Source of the DNA: Octopus sinensis
Taxonomy: Eukaryota
Assembly (NCBI RefSeq): GCF_006345805.1
Contig: NC_042998.1
Location: 44,764,001 to 44,828,000, forward strand
Direction of reading: 5' to 3'
DNA: 64,000 bases
In this document: in pieces, positions 1-13,735 of the stretch
Position numbering within the stretch: position 1 is the stretch's first letter
How the letters are laid out: the number at the start of each line of letters is the position of its first letter
Translations under genes and position numbers: made by a program
The notes under the pieces: model-generated
The model's database searches: none
Told to the model about the DNA's origin: nothing
What the model saw: the letters and a program-made list of their open reading frames with translations, nothing else

Positions 1-830
1 TATTAGATAACCTAGTAAAAGTGTCGCAATAAGAATTTCTAGCCTGTCCGCCACAGAAGATATCTTTAAGGCCGCAGCCCCCTATTACAACGAGGCCCTG
101 GCCCGCAGTGGCTTTAAAGATAAGATTACCTATACTAGTATAGCCCCACGCCAACCCAGGAAAAATAGACGAAGACACATTAGCTGGTACAACCCCCCCC
201 CCCCTTCAACCGTGAGGTCGCTACACCTGTAGCTAAAATCTTCTTCACTCTCCTACAGAAACACTTCCCCACCCAACATAAGTACTACACTATCCTAAAT
301 AAGAACACTATTAGACTCTCCTACTCTACCACGCCCAATCTAGCCAGGAACCTAGCCAACAACAATGTGAAAAAACTTAATATATCTACTTTTTCCGAGG
401 CCATCCAACGTCCGATAGCAATTGCAACTGCCCTGATAAAACCACCTGCCCCCTCAACAACAACTGCCTACAGAGGGACCTAGTATATACATGCGAGGTA
501 AGATCAGGCCCTGACGATAAAAGAAAATCCTACATCGGAATGACGTCAAACAGCTTTAAGACCCGTTGGTACGCACACACACACTCGTTCCGGCGACCGG
601 ATAAATCCAACCAAACTACACCTCGCCGCCCACATCTGGTACCTTAAAAGGAACTCCATCCCTTCAAGACCAAGTGGAAACTACTACAGAAGGCGCGTTC
701 GTACACAGGAGGCCATACCTGCTGTGACCTTTGCATTTCGGAGAGCCTAAGATCTGTTCGCCAGAGGCCCTCTCCTTAACAAGATTTCAGAACACTCCCC
801 AAATTGCATGCATAAGAATTATGCAAACTA
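1..830 (+). pseudogene. Penelope-like retroelement remnant: RT C-terminal region plus GIY-YIG endonuclease, frameshifted; runs off the window start
   Basis: Manual translation across frameshifts gives ISSLSATEDIFKAAAPYYNEALARSGF...RRHISWYNPP/FNREVATPVAKIFFTLLQKHFPTQHKYYTILNKNTIRLSYSTTPN, then CNCPDKTTCPLNNNC...KSYIGMTSNSFKTRW (YIG at 531)...LAAHIWYLK...CDLCISE. This is the typical PLE thumb/linker/GIY-YIG layout. One frameshift lies in the poly-C run at about 193-204. Confidence 0.85.
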
Positions 831-939
831 CAAGAACTATAGACCTACCCGGCAACCAGATGGATGACACCCCACCCACAAACCCCCCCAATCCCACCGT
901 TCCCCTAGCACCCCCGACTACCTTTTCTCCTAAGACCTT

Positions 940-1399
940 TCACATATTGTATGTGCACGCTTGTATATGTGTATCGTATATATGTATAGAAATGTATGGG
1001 TATAGTAGGAATATACGCATGTATTATGTGTGGTGTTGGTGTATGTATGTAAAAAAATATATATATTATGTGTGTGTGTTGTGTGTGGTGTGTGTGTGTG
1101 TATATATGTATATATGTATATATGTGTGTATGCATATGTATGTGTGTGTAGTGTGTATGTATGTGTATGTATATATAAAAATTATATATAATTAGGGCTT
1201 AGTAAAATAAATTACTTGGACACATACTGAACTTTCTAGAAATAGCAGCCAAATAAGTTTTTTAGTTTTTTAGCCTTTTCCACTACTTAAAGAAAATTTT
1301 CTCTCAGACAATGTTTACTCAAAAAAATAATGGTCCTTTTACATACTGAATACTTGGTGAAATTGATTAATAACTAATTAACTTTACCCTCAATTGTTG

Positions 1400-1431
<32 letters not shown>

Positions 1432-1462
1432 GTATGTATATGTATGTGTATGTGTGTGTGTG

Positions 1463-1504
<42 letters not shown>

Positions 1505-1740
1505 GTGCGTGTGTATATAATATATATTTATTTATATATATATATATATATATGTATATATGTGTATATATATGTGTATGTGTATATGTATGTATGTATA
1601 TATATATATGAGTGTACGCGAGTATGTCGATGTATATGTAGGTATGTAGAGTTATGTGTATGTGCAGGTATGTGTGTGTATATACAGATTGTAGATGGGG
1701 ATATATAGTGTGTATATATACACATATATATGTGTATATA

Positions 1741-1786
<46 letters not shown>

Positions 1787-2126
1787 GTATATTTAGATAT
1801 ATATGTATATATATGTATATGTATATGTGTGTAGTGTATGTATGTACATATATGTGTGTGTGTGTGTATGTGTGTATATGTATGTATATATGTATATATG
1901 TGTGATGTGTGGTGTGGGTATATATATGTGTGTTGTGTATGTGTATATATATATATGTATGTATATATGTATATATATATATATATGTGTGTGTATATAT
2001 ATGTATATATATATATATATATGTGAATATGTGTGTGTATGTGTACATATGTGTATGTGTGTATGTGTATGTGTATATGTATATGTATGTATGTGTATAT
2101 AATATATATATATATGTATATATATG

Positions 2127-2170
<44 letters not shown>

Positions 2171-2418
2171 GTAAGTGTGTGTATATATATATATGTAAGT
2201 GTGGAGTGTGTATGAGTATGTATGTATGTTTGCACACATGTATATGTATATATATATATATATATAATATATATATATATATGTGTGTATATATATATGT
2301 GTATGTATGTGTGTATTATATGTATGTGTGTGTGTGTATATATGTATGTGTGTGTGTAGTGTGTATGGTATATGTATATGTATGTGTATGTATGTATGTG
2401 ATGTGTATATACATGTTA

Positions 2419-2461
<43 letters not shown>

Positions 2462-2495
2462 GTGTGTGTGTGTATGTGTATGTATATGTGTGTTA

Positions 2496-2531
<36 letters not shown>

Positions 2532-2707
2532 GGTATATATATATATGTGTGTGTATATATGCGTGTATGTATATGTATGTATGTATATATGTGTGTGTAT
2601 GTGTATGTGTATATGTACATATACGTGTACGCTCGTGTGTTTAGGTATATGTAGGTACGTAGAGTTATGTATGTGTGTATGTATATGTACATATGTGTAA
2701 GTAAGTG

Positions 2708-2747
<40 letters not shown>

Positions 2748-3366
2748 ATGTATATGTATATATATATATATATATATGTGTGTGTATGTGTAAGTTTATA
2801 TGTATGTATCCGTCTGTATAATGGGTAACTGCACGTATATATACTTAATATTTATTATTTATTATTTATTATTTATTATTTTTTGAGTATGCATGTATGA
2901 ATAACTGCACGTATATATATTTTATTACTTATTCTTTGAGCATGCATGTAAGTATGAACATAAGGAGTGGCGTGTGTGTGTGTGTATGTGTAAGCATAGA
3001 TATTTGTATACTTTTACGCATGTGTGTACTTGTGTGTATATATGGATGCGCGTGTGTGTGTGTGTATGGGTACGCATGTATATGTGTATGTGCGTGTATG
3101 TGTATATGTGTATGTATGTGTGTGTGTATATGTGTATATGTATGTATGTATATGTATGTATATATATATATATATATATTATATGTATGTATATGTATAT
3201 GTGTATGTGTATGTATCTGTATGTGTATGCATGCGCGTATATGTATGTATATGTATACGTGTGGGTGTGTGTATGTGTGTATATATGTATGTATGTATGT
3301 ATGGGTGTATGTATGTATGTATGTATGCGGATATGTGCATATATATATATATATATATTATGTATA

Positions 3367-3409
<43 letters not shown>

Positions 3410-3847
3410 ATGTGTATATGTGTATATATATATATGTGTATGTATATGTATGTATGTATGTATTTGTATGTAGTTGTATATGTATGTGTGTATATGTATA
3501 GACTAGTCTTCTAAGATTGTAGACATGAATCTGTAGGTACGCGTACGTATGGGTATATACGTGTATGCATGTAGATGTATGTATGTATGAATATAACGCG
3601 TGCGTGTGTGTATGTGTATGAGTGTACGAATGAGTGTGTGTGCGTGCTAATGAGTGTGCGTGCGTGAGTAAGTGCTTGTGCTCAAGTAGAAAGATAAAAG
3701 GGACTAGCTGTCTTAGCCAAGATGCTTGTGACCAGCGGTCAAAGATAACAAAAGTAATAAATGAAGATAATAAAATTAAAATTAGGGAATGGTTTGTATA
3801 TGTATGTATATAGGTGGTATGTGTAGGTATGAATAGGTACACATATG

Positions 3848-3896
<49 letters not shown>

Positions 3897-4230
3897 ATAT
3901 ACATATATGTGTATATGTATATATGAGTATATAGGGACTTGTTGTGTGTGTGTGCATGTGTGTATGTGGATATGTGTTTGTATGGTGTATGTGTATGTGT
4001 GTCGTGTGTGTGTATATATACATGTGTGTGTGTCTATGTATATGCATGTATATGTGTTATGTATGTATATGTATATATATATAATATATATACAATATAT
4101 ATATATATGTAGATATATGTATGTATATGTATGTTGTATATATATATATATATAGGTGTGTGTATGTAGTGGTGTATGTATATATGTGTGTGTGTGTGTG
4201 TGTATATATGTTACATATGTGTATAGGTAT
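940..4230. repeat. Compound (TA)n/(TG)n/(TATG)n microsatellite field
   Basis: Directly visible; source of the many YI/CV/HT low-complexity ORFs in the track. Confidence 0.95.
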
Positions 4231-4592
4231 AAGTGAGAATTTCCTTATTTACCTAAAACTCTATTCTTCTATATTTTTTTTATTTTTTATCCTTTTTTTT
4301 ATTCTTTTATTTATTCTTCTATCTAATTACCACTGACTCCTTGACCACCCCCCAAGTATGATTTTTTGCGCTATGCCTACCCCCAAAAAGTCCCCCACCA
4401 CGACCCCTATATAAACCTGCCTAAATGTATAAATGCCAATACATTCTTGTTAACTAGCTTCCTGAAGATTTCTCTTGATTGAAACAGTTCTAGTCCTGTA
4501 GAAGCTCCTTCTATATAATAAATTAATTTTACTCTGCTATGTATTGAGTACCTTATTTACTGTGGTTAACCCCGAGTCAACCCGGGACTAAC

Positions 4593-4683
<91 letters not shown>

Positions 4684-5310
4684 TATTTATATATATATAT
4701 ATATATAACGTTCTGGCTTATGTCCATTAGTTGGCGCGTAGGACGCATCTATCTCATCAGAAATCAAGAGAAGAGTAGGTCTGAGATAAATTCAAAATGG
4801 CCTCTATATGTTAGGTTTGTAGTGGTTAGCTGAGGTTATGTGGTGTCAATGCTGTGGGGAAGACGCCACCTATTTTCTCTATTCTTAGGCCCACCTACTA
4901 CGACAGTTTCCGACCGCAAATTCTCTCGCAAGGTATTCATCAACCCGGGGCTATAGTAGAAGACCCATACACAAAGTGCCGCGTGCTGTGAGACTGAAGC
5001 CGAAGCTATGTAGTTGCAGAGTGAGCATTTTATCCTCGCAACCATGCTTGTGCCTATCCTCGCAATTCATTTACAAAAAATCTAACACTAGGGTATTAAA
5101 AATCTATTGAACTTTACGAGGCTCAGAGTTTGAGAATGACATGCTAAGGGGAATAATAAATCTGAGACTGAAGAGCGTTGCTTATGTTAAGAAGGCTGGG
5201 ATACAGCTGAACTAATGAGACCAGTCGCATTTGTGAGAATGAATATGTCTGTATCTGCATGCGTGCGTATGTATGTGTGTACGTGTTTCTAAATTATAAT
5301 TGTCAACTGC

Positions 5311-5535
5311 AAGGCGGCGAGCTGGCAGAAACGTTAGCACACCGGGCGAAATGCGTAGCCGTATTTCGTCTGCCGTTACGTTCTGGGTTCGAATTCCGCC
5401 GAAGTCGACTTTGACTTTTATCCTTTCGGGGTCGATGAATTAAGTGCCAGTTACGCACTGGGGTCGATGTAATCGATAACCCTTTGTCTGACCTTGTTTG
5501 TCCCCTCCGTATTTAGCCCCTTCTGGGTAGTAAAA
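5311..5535 (+). mobile_element. tRNA-derived SINE family A
   Basis: GGCGAGCTGGCAGAA head, B-box-like GGGTTCGAATTCC, central CTTTTATCCTTTCGGGGTCGAT domain. Further copies at about 9772-10008+, 14510-14715+, 32000-32415-, 37065-37200-, 37262-37475+, 38515-38905+, 38980-39185+, 40057-40262+, 41281-41480+, 41530-41640-, 43625-43830-, 43840-44158+, 51130-51250+, 63490-63710+ and 63720-64000-. Confidence 0.85.
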
Positions 5536-6286
5536 ACTATATATTTATCAATTGCAAGCGTGGTTGCGCAGCAAGCAGTTTGCTTTCTAACCACATGATT
5601 CCGGGTTCAGATCCATCCTTTGTACCGTGGGCAAGTATCTTCTACTATAGACCTGAGCCGACCAAAGCCTTGTGAGTGTATTTGGTAGACGGATCCCGAC
5701 AGAAGCCCGTCGTATATATATGTGTGTGTGTGAATGTACTTATTCTCACAAATGCGACTGATCTCATTGGTTCAGCTCTGTCCCAGCGCTCTTAACATAT
5801 GCATCTCTCTTCAGTCCCAGGTTCATTATCATTCCCCCCAGTACTTCATAAGAATGATAGAAACTTTGGAAAATATTGACAATGCAGATGGATGTGTATT
5901 CACACTTTGTCAAATACACATGCCATAGCAACATATACAGTTCACTATTTTCCACTCAAAGATAATCCATTATTTTCATTAGTTTTATCTAAAGTTTACG
6001 AAGCTTCTACACACAGAATGGATTCAAGACAAGTTTCTTAGGATCCATATCTTTAAATTAAATATAACTTCAAATTAGTTATATGTATTTTTAAATATTT
6101 CTCTCGTTATTGCCAAATGCTAATTAAGTAAAAATTCTGATGTAAACGCAGAAAAATGCCAAGAATCTCTTAACATGAAATATTATTTCAAATATAAATG
6201 TGCTAAATTATAATGAAAGGAAAACCGTAATTACAAATATTGAAAAAATATTATCAATTTATTTATTGAAGTTACAGTAATTATTA

Positions 6287-6525
6287 TCATGAAAGTAAAT
6301 AATTTTGCAATTCGTATAACTTTTCTTTGGTTTTATTAAACATTAATATTTTAAAACCGATGCCAAGCGGTATAAAAATATGTTCAATACCGCAATTTGA
6401 TAGCGTTGATTGTGCATTAAAACAAACAGATGTTTCAAATGTGCTTGCGTATGTGTAATATATATTACCAGAAGACCATTTATTTAAACAAGCAAAAATT
6501 ATATAAGGATATATTTTAATCATAT
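6287..6525 (-). CDS. Possible terminal coding exon of an unidentified gene
   Basis: 78-codon open frame in AT-rich non-repetitive DNA, preceded by TTATCTTTATAG (possible acceptor) and ending in TGA. No protein family recognised. Confidence 0.2.
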
Positions 6526-7139
6526 CTATAAAGATAACATTTTAAAAATCAATAAGTGCTTATAAAATATCAATTATTACTTCAAAAAAAAACATGTTCG
6601 TTTCTACTCTAATACTTGTATGCATAGAGGTATGTATGTTCGTATATGCGGTCATTGGCTTGGACAATGGTTAAGACATTTGTTTCCTAAGTTCTCTCGT
6701 TCAATCCCACAGTGCGGTACTTTATGCAGGTGAATTTTGTACAGCAGCCATAGACAAAACGGTCCGTGGGACTTCCTGGATAGCACGTCTAAACGAAAAA
6801 TTACGGTAAATTATTTTTAGAAGTGCGACCCGCCTGATGTTGAGCCCAATTTCATGCGGCCTCTTCTCATAAAATGCTACCTATACCTGTTCTATAGGGT
6901 CAGATCTAAATAAGCTTTATAGGTAAAAGTATAGGCAAAAATATGAAACTGTGTGAAAGTGCGTTGGAGTGATTTTTACCTCACATTCAAGAGGAAATCC
7001 TTGCCCACGCACTACGCAAGGCTTCTTGATAGAGTAGAATAATTACTTAACTATACTTTTACTCTAACTCTCTATTTTTACATGTATTAATCTCTTAATT
7101 TTATTCATCTTTATGGATACCACCGTTCTATATTTAAGA

Positions 7140-7257
7140 GATGAGGAATTCTGCACATTATTTACATTATTTACATTTGACGGATATTTGTCCTCATCTT
7201 GTTTGTCCTCATCTTGTTGATATACACTCCAGCCTTCATCAGGTGTCTTGGGGAAAA
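7140..7257 (-). mobile_element. Internally deleted 3' fragment of the HHR-bearing SINE family seen at 25150-25676
   Basis: Minus strand reads CCCCAAGACACCTGATGAAGGCTGGAGTGTATATCAACAAGATGAGG...AAATGTAAATAATGTAAATAATGT; the CAGCCGAAACGTTGTG half is deleted. Confidence 0.75.
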
Positions 7258-7380
7258 CCGCATTATGTCTCGTAGGAAGACATTATCTAGAAGACAATTT
7301 CTCAATATTGGCAACAATGAGGGTGATGTCTTCAGTCTGAGTCTTGCAAAGCCTACATTTGTTCTCTGTTAACAGTTTCT
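7258..7380 (-). pseudogene. RLE-type non-LTR retrotransposon fragment (zinc-knuckle region)
   Basis: Translates KCRLCKTQTEDITLIVANIEKLSSR*CLPTRHN, parallel to CRLCHISLEIIISSCLKMSSRHYL in the 59 kb copy. Confidence 0.65.
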
Positions 7381-7386
7381 AGTTTG

Positions 7387-7610
7387 CATGTATGTATGTA
7401 TGTATGTATGTATGTATGTATGTATGTATGTATGTATGTATGTATGTATGTATGCATGTATGTATGTATGTATTTATGTATGTATGTATGTATGTATGTA
7501 TGTATGTATGTATGTATGTATGTATGTATGTATGTATGTATGTATGTATGTATGTATTTATGTATGTATGTATGTATCTATGTATGCATGTATGTATCTA
7601 TGTATGTATG
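7387..7610. repeat. (TATG)n microsatellite
   Basis: Directly visible; similar arrays at about 7966-8022, 15688-15746, 15900-15950, 19790-19877 and 58365-58388. Confidence 0.95.
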
Positions 7611-8457
7611 TCTGTCTTAAGGGTGTATCATGCGCGGGAACAAAAATAATCGGACTGAATACCCGATCGCGCGGTTAAACCATTGGGAGTGAAGGACTCC
7701 TAGCCTTTGTTAGGGCATCCTTCTAGGAGATGGTAATTCAGGTAACTTGGATAACTCCGACTTAAAACCTGCGGCTCAATGGTTACCGATGATGTTGACT
7801 CGTTCTTCTTTTCGGATTATGGCTGCTGTTGCTTAGTGAGTGGGATTGACTCAGTGCACAGCCTTTCCTCACTTAAAAAAAATCTTCTTGCACATGCATT
7901 GCACGATAACAATATTGATTAAGCTTCGTGCAATGGCCATACGCGATAACAAAAGGGCAGCCACCATGTATGTATGTATGTATGTATGTATGTATGTATG
8001 TATGTATGTATGTATGTATGTATAACTTTTGGTTTGTCACGAATGTCTCTTTCAAAGATATTATTTGACCAGTTCTTCGCACACCGAATGACAACGTTAC
8101 CTGACCTGGAGTCTATAAAATATACTTAACTCTGTAACTCAATGTTGCAATCTCTCTCTTTATCTCTCGAAATCCATACTACAGTATGTGTGAACGTATT
8201 GATATGAGTATATATATGCGCGTGCGTGTGTGATTGTTTTGTGTGTGAGTGTGTGTTTTGCATGTGTGGATCTTATTTGGAATATCTCGAAGCATGCATA
8301 TATAGCTATAAATAATACACCGTTAATATTTCTATCCAAAAGTTTTTCAGTCAGATGTTTATATGCTATTATTTATAGCTTTATGTATGTGCTTCGAGAC
8401 ATCCTGAAAAAGATTTATTTCATGATCACGCGAAAGTTTTAAAAATTTATATGACAT

Positions 8458-8499
<42 letters not shown>

Positions 8500-8931
8500 A
8501 CACATGCATATATTTATATATATATGCATAGTTTTGTATACATAATTATATATATGTATGTATGTGCTATATATATATATATATATATGTCTGTATGTAT
8601 GTATGTACGTATGTATGTATATGTATATATTTATATATACTTTATTTGAAAGCAGCAGAAATCCAACCTTGTTTCACATTTATGTGTTTACTCCGGTATA
8701 TTTATATATATATATATATGCATGTATATATAAATGTAGATAGATATAGAGAGAGAGGAAGAGAGGGATATCATATATATATAATTAGGTAAATATATAT
8801 ATATATATATATATATACATACACACACATATGCATATATTTGTATATATGTATAGTTTTATATATATATAATCATATATACATATGCATGTATGTATGT
8901 ATGTCTGTATGCATATATGTACGTTTCTATG

Positions 8932-8994
<63 letters not shown>

Positions 8995-9049
8995 ATATAT
9001 ATGTATGTATATATAAATGATCGCCATGTTGATTCGCTAGCTTCTGCAC

Positions 9050-9232
9050 GCATTTTTTTCTCTCCTTGTTTCTCTCCGTGTTTCTTTTCTGTGTATCTTT
9101 CTGTTGAAGAGCGTAGGCTCGAAACGTAAAAGACTTGTTTTATTCATATTCCTGAGCGCCATACTAATACAATTGTTTGTTTGTACTCCACCTGCCTTCG
9201 TCTTTTGTTTATTTTCATAAAGCTTCCCGTTA
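9050..9232 (+). mobile_element. Short repeat (family B) carrying a minimal type I hammerhead-like motif at 9096-9133
   Basis: TCTTT-CTGTTGA-A-GAGC(GTAG)GCTC-GAA-ACGT-A-AAAGA; homologous to 26634-26792-, 26947-27106- and a decayed copy at about 50455-50620+. Confidence 0.7.
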
Positions 9233-10791
9233 TATATAAATGTATATATATATATAAAGAGGGGGAGAGAGATTATATATATATAATTAGGTAAATAAAT
9301 AAATATATATATATATATATATTCACACACACATATACACCCACACTCACCCCACACACACCCACACAACACACACACCACACACACACACCACACCATA
9401 TATATATATATGTGTGTGTGTGTTGTGTGTGTAAGCATAAGTGTGAAGTGGATACATGCATTAATTGAATATTTATTGTTACATTATTTCAATACGTTTT
9501 TCGAATTGTCAACGATAAAATTGTTTTAATATCAAGATATTTGAGTTTCTCTAGGAAACGAAATTTTGTAACAATGTATCTTGTGAAGAAATAAATGTGA
9601 CTAATAAATTCTTTAAAAAAATGTAAGCAGACCACCATAGCTCTCATAATAATGTTCGGAAATTACTCAAGATTTATGTAAAGACACAGGCCCTTAGTGG
9701 TTAGTGCTGGGCTGACGATCATAAGCTCGTTGGTTCGATTCCTGGACTGTGTTGTGCGTTGTGGCCTTGCGCAAGGTGAGCTGGCAGAAACGTTAGCACG
9801 CCGGGCAAAATGCTTAGCGGTATTTTGTCTGCCGTTACGTTGTAAGTTCAAATTCCGCCGAGGTCGACTTTGCCTTTCATCCTCCTGGGGTCGATAAATT
9901 AAGTACCAGTTACGCTCTGGGGTCGATGTAATCGACTTAATCCGTTTTTCTGTCCTTGTTTGTCCCCTCTATGTTTAGCCCCTTGTGGGTAGTAAAGAAA
10001 TAGGTATTTCATTTTATGGTGCTCCAGTCTACTCAGCTGATTGTGTGCGCAGCTAGCTCCTTCCCCACCTCTCTCTCACTCTTTCTCTCTCCCTCTCTCT
10101 ACTTTCTCTCTCTCTCTCACTCTTTCTCTCTCCCTCTCTCTGCTCTCTCTCTCTCTCACTCTTTCTCTCTCTCTCCCTCTCTACCTTTCTCTAACTGTCA
10201 CATCTCCGATGTTCATATGACTCTAAAATGGAATTACTGACAGTGTCTATATTTACTCATGGTTGTATGGGCTCCTAAAAACATTTAACGAAAGCGTGTT
10301 ACAATCTATCAGGCTATACTTGCTTGTGAGTGACAACTAAGCTAAGCACTAAAGATTTAAACTCATTATGCTCTTCTGCTTTCAAGAAACGTTATCTGAA
10401 GGAAAACCTTACTGTTCCTGCCACACAAATTACAATATAGCGCTCCAGGTCTAAGTAAATTTTGCATTTTCAAAGTCACGGTAGAATAAACCAGGGTTAG
10501 CTAATTAGTAACGCCGCAGATATTTCAAAATATAAATGCATAACTAATAGCTTTGAGTCTATCGTTGATCGAAATCAATACTTCCATCGATAAACTAATA
10601 AAGTTATTCGACCTACTGACACAGTGACTAGCTTATGCGAAAATAAACGTAATATGCGTAAGGATGTATATAAATAATATCACCCTCCAAGCGGCGTATA
10701 GTATCTGCCATTTTTAATAAAGTTCTTTATAGCAAACACTGGAAAGAAAAACTTGTTTATGTGTGTGTTTGTATACGTATGAAAAGGTGAG

Positions 10792-10836
<45 letters not shown>

Positions 10837-10928
10837 TGTGTCGTGTGCGGTGTGTGTGTGTACGTGAGTGTGTCTTACGGGATTTCTTTTAAAGTGTTTC
10901 AAGAGAATTTTAAGAATAGAACCAAAGA

Positions 10929-10977
<49 letters not shown>

Positions 10978-11072
10978 TATATATTATATAGATATATGTG
11001 TGTGTGTATATGTTAGCGAGATGTACTTTTGCATAGCAAGTAACTTGATCTGAGATCGTGTGCTGAAACAAA

Positions 11073-11372
11073 AACAATTGCAGCGTAGCATGGAAGATGT
11101 TTATAAGCCATTTAACAACACAAAAAAAACCGTCAGATTCACTTCAATATTTAAATTTAATTTGTGTCAAAATATTTTCGTCGCTTTGAAATCGCGACCT
11201 GTTTACTGACAAAACTTCTGAGATGCAGCACGAAGTTTTATCAGGGAACAGGTGGCGGTTTCAATGCGACGAAAATATTTTGACACAAATTAAATTTAAA
11301 TGTTGACGTGAATCTAATGGGGTTTTTTGTGTTCTTAAATGGCTTATAAACATCTTGCACGTTGCAATTGTT
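11073..11372. mobile_element. Fold-back MITE-like element
   Basis: Arms 11073-11218 and 11232-11372 are imperfect reverse complements (e.g. TTTAAATTTAATTTGTGTCAAAATATTTTCGTCGC and its complement) around a 13-nt spacer. Confidence 0.75.
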
Positions 11373-11968
11373 CATATATATATATATATATATATGAGAG
11401 GTTTTGGTATCCATATTCTTTCTTCTTTCCTATCCTACTCCTTTTGACCAATACCATTTCCTCCTTCTAACATACTTCTCTATTCTCTTCTCTCTATCTA
11501 ATTCTCCCTACCAGTATATTCTCAAAATTTCATTTACGCTACAAGATTCCTTTGAACGAACAGCACATGGAATTTATATCTACAAACTATCCATTTGTAA
11601 TAACAAAATAGGAGTGTCTATCGGAATTTACATACGATGGACAAGAAGCCTCTCTACCCTTTCTACTCAGCACATTCCTTGGATAATGGAACAGCAAATT
11701 TAACCTCCAACATATACTTTTTTATCTTCATACTTTCCTTTGTACTTATTATATCTCTTCCTTTCCAAGATAACTTCTTATACTGAAATCTACTATTTCC
11801 TTCTATTTAACTCTCTGAAATCGTCTCTGGTGGTGGGATATCTTTCATATACCTGAAACAGCTGTAATACGATCTTTCCCTTCATAAATGTCCTAGAAAT
11901 TCCACACTACCTTGGCTTTGTTGTCTCATTATATTCAACATGTGTGTGTGTGTGTGTGTGCGTGTGTG

Positions 11969-12034
<66 letters not shown>

Positions 12035-13563
12035 ACGAATTCTTTAAGTTTCCATCTACCAAATCCATCCCCCAAAATTTTTAGTCGATCCGATTAGGAG
12101 AGACTTTCTCAATGTCCCGCACAGTGAAACTTAACCCAATGCCGCATGGTAGGGAAACTCTCTTCATATCCACACAGCCGTACCTGCGCCTATATATACA
12201 AATAAGAAATTGAGATAACAAAAGAATAAAGGACTATCTTGTGATCTTCACTAGCTCATAGCAGAAACAGCTGTAAGCTAATGAAGTTCATACACAATCG
12301 TCACCTCATTTTTTATTACCGCTCTGTACTTCACTAATGCTTCATTCTGAAGCATTTGTATATTGAGCTTTACGCCATGTTATTAGTCTCACAATGCCTA
12401 ACAGAAACAGGTGTAAGTATCAAAGTTCATAAGAAAATCGCTTATTCTTTCGTCACCTCATTTCTTTATTTCCGCACTGTACTCGACTAACACTTCGTTC
12501 TAAAGCATCTGTATACTGAGTTGTACACCATGCTATTAGTCTTACAATGCCGAAGCAAAATATTATGCACAAACATAGAGAGAAGGAGAGGAAATTAAAA
12601 CCGAGGAGGTTGTGGCGGGTTTAAAGTTATATATTCTAGAGTGTTAAGTTAAGCAAAACGGGTTTCATAAATATTAACTTCATTCCTTTTCATAATTTCA
12701 AATAGCAACCGACAGAAGAAATATACAGAAGGAAATAAATGTATTGATATATACAGATCAATGCTTATTTAGAAAAGTGAAAGGAACTTGTAATACAGTC
12801 TTAATCCTCGTGCATGTATTTGATCCTCCATCTCACTATATTTCAATTGAGATGTTTCTTCCATATATATTTGATTTTTTTCAATTTTACAACCTGTTCC
12901 AGTTCCTTTCTAGCACACATACTCGTCTGTCGGCTTCGCCTCCATTATTTATATATAGATTACACACATAAATATAGCTATTCATATAGATAGATAGATA
13001 TAGATGTATATATACATAAATATATATACATATATATACATAAATATATATATGTATATGTATATATACATGTACACACGCACATAGATGTATATGTATA
13101 CAAACCCACACCAACACACACATATATATATGTGTGTGTATGTATGTATTATGTATGTACATGTAGGTAGGTAAGGGGGGTGGTAGGTATTGAAAAGCGT
13201 TATTAAAGTTGTTTTTGCATTTTTAAACATCCCGAAGCGATATTTCAAGTGTGTCAAATTTTCCGGTGGAATACATGCATGGATACATACATCCATATTG
13301 AATGCATACATGCACACACGCGCGCGCGCGCATGCACGCACACGCGCCTGCAAGCAAGCAAGCACACACACACACACACATGGCATATATGAACATAGAT
13401 ATATATGTAGATATATTTTCAGTTATTTATATGTGTGTGTGTTCAAAAATATATACATACATATATATATATATATATACGCACACATATATACGTAAAT
13501 ATTAATATGCTGTATTGACATATATCGGTATACATATGTGTACATAGATATATACAGTATATC

Positions 13564-13564
<1 letters not shown>

Positions 13565-13615
<51 letters not shown>

Positions 13616-13654
13616 TAGATAGATAGATAGATAGATAGAGATAGATAGATAGAT

Positions 13655-13733
<79 letters not shown>

Positions 13734-13735
13734 TA
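13565..13735. repeat. (ATAG)n microsatellite
   Basis: Directly visible; others at about 15960-16025, 53325-53420, 55345-55425 and 56055-56168. Confidence 0.95.

Noticed and set aside
731-1195. 154-aa ORF in the track
   Set aside because: Off-frame read of the PLE 3' end running into microsatellite.
905-4336. Dozens of long ORFs rich in Y/I/C/V/M or H/T/Y/I
   Set aside because: They are translations of TA/TG/TATG microsatellites, which lack stop codons in most frames.
11400-11930. Possible minus-strand LINE RT remnant
   Set aside because: Purine-rich with only vague motif similarity and many stops; cannot be supported without an alignment.
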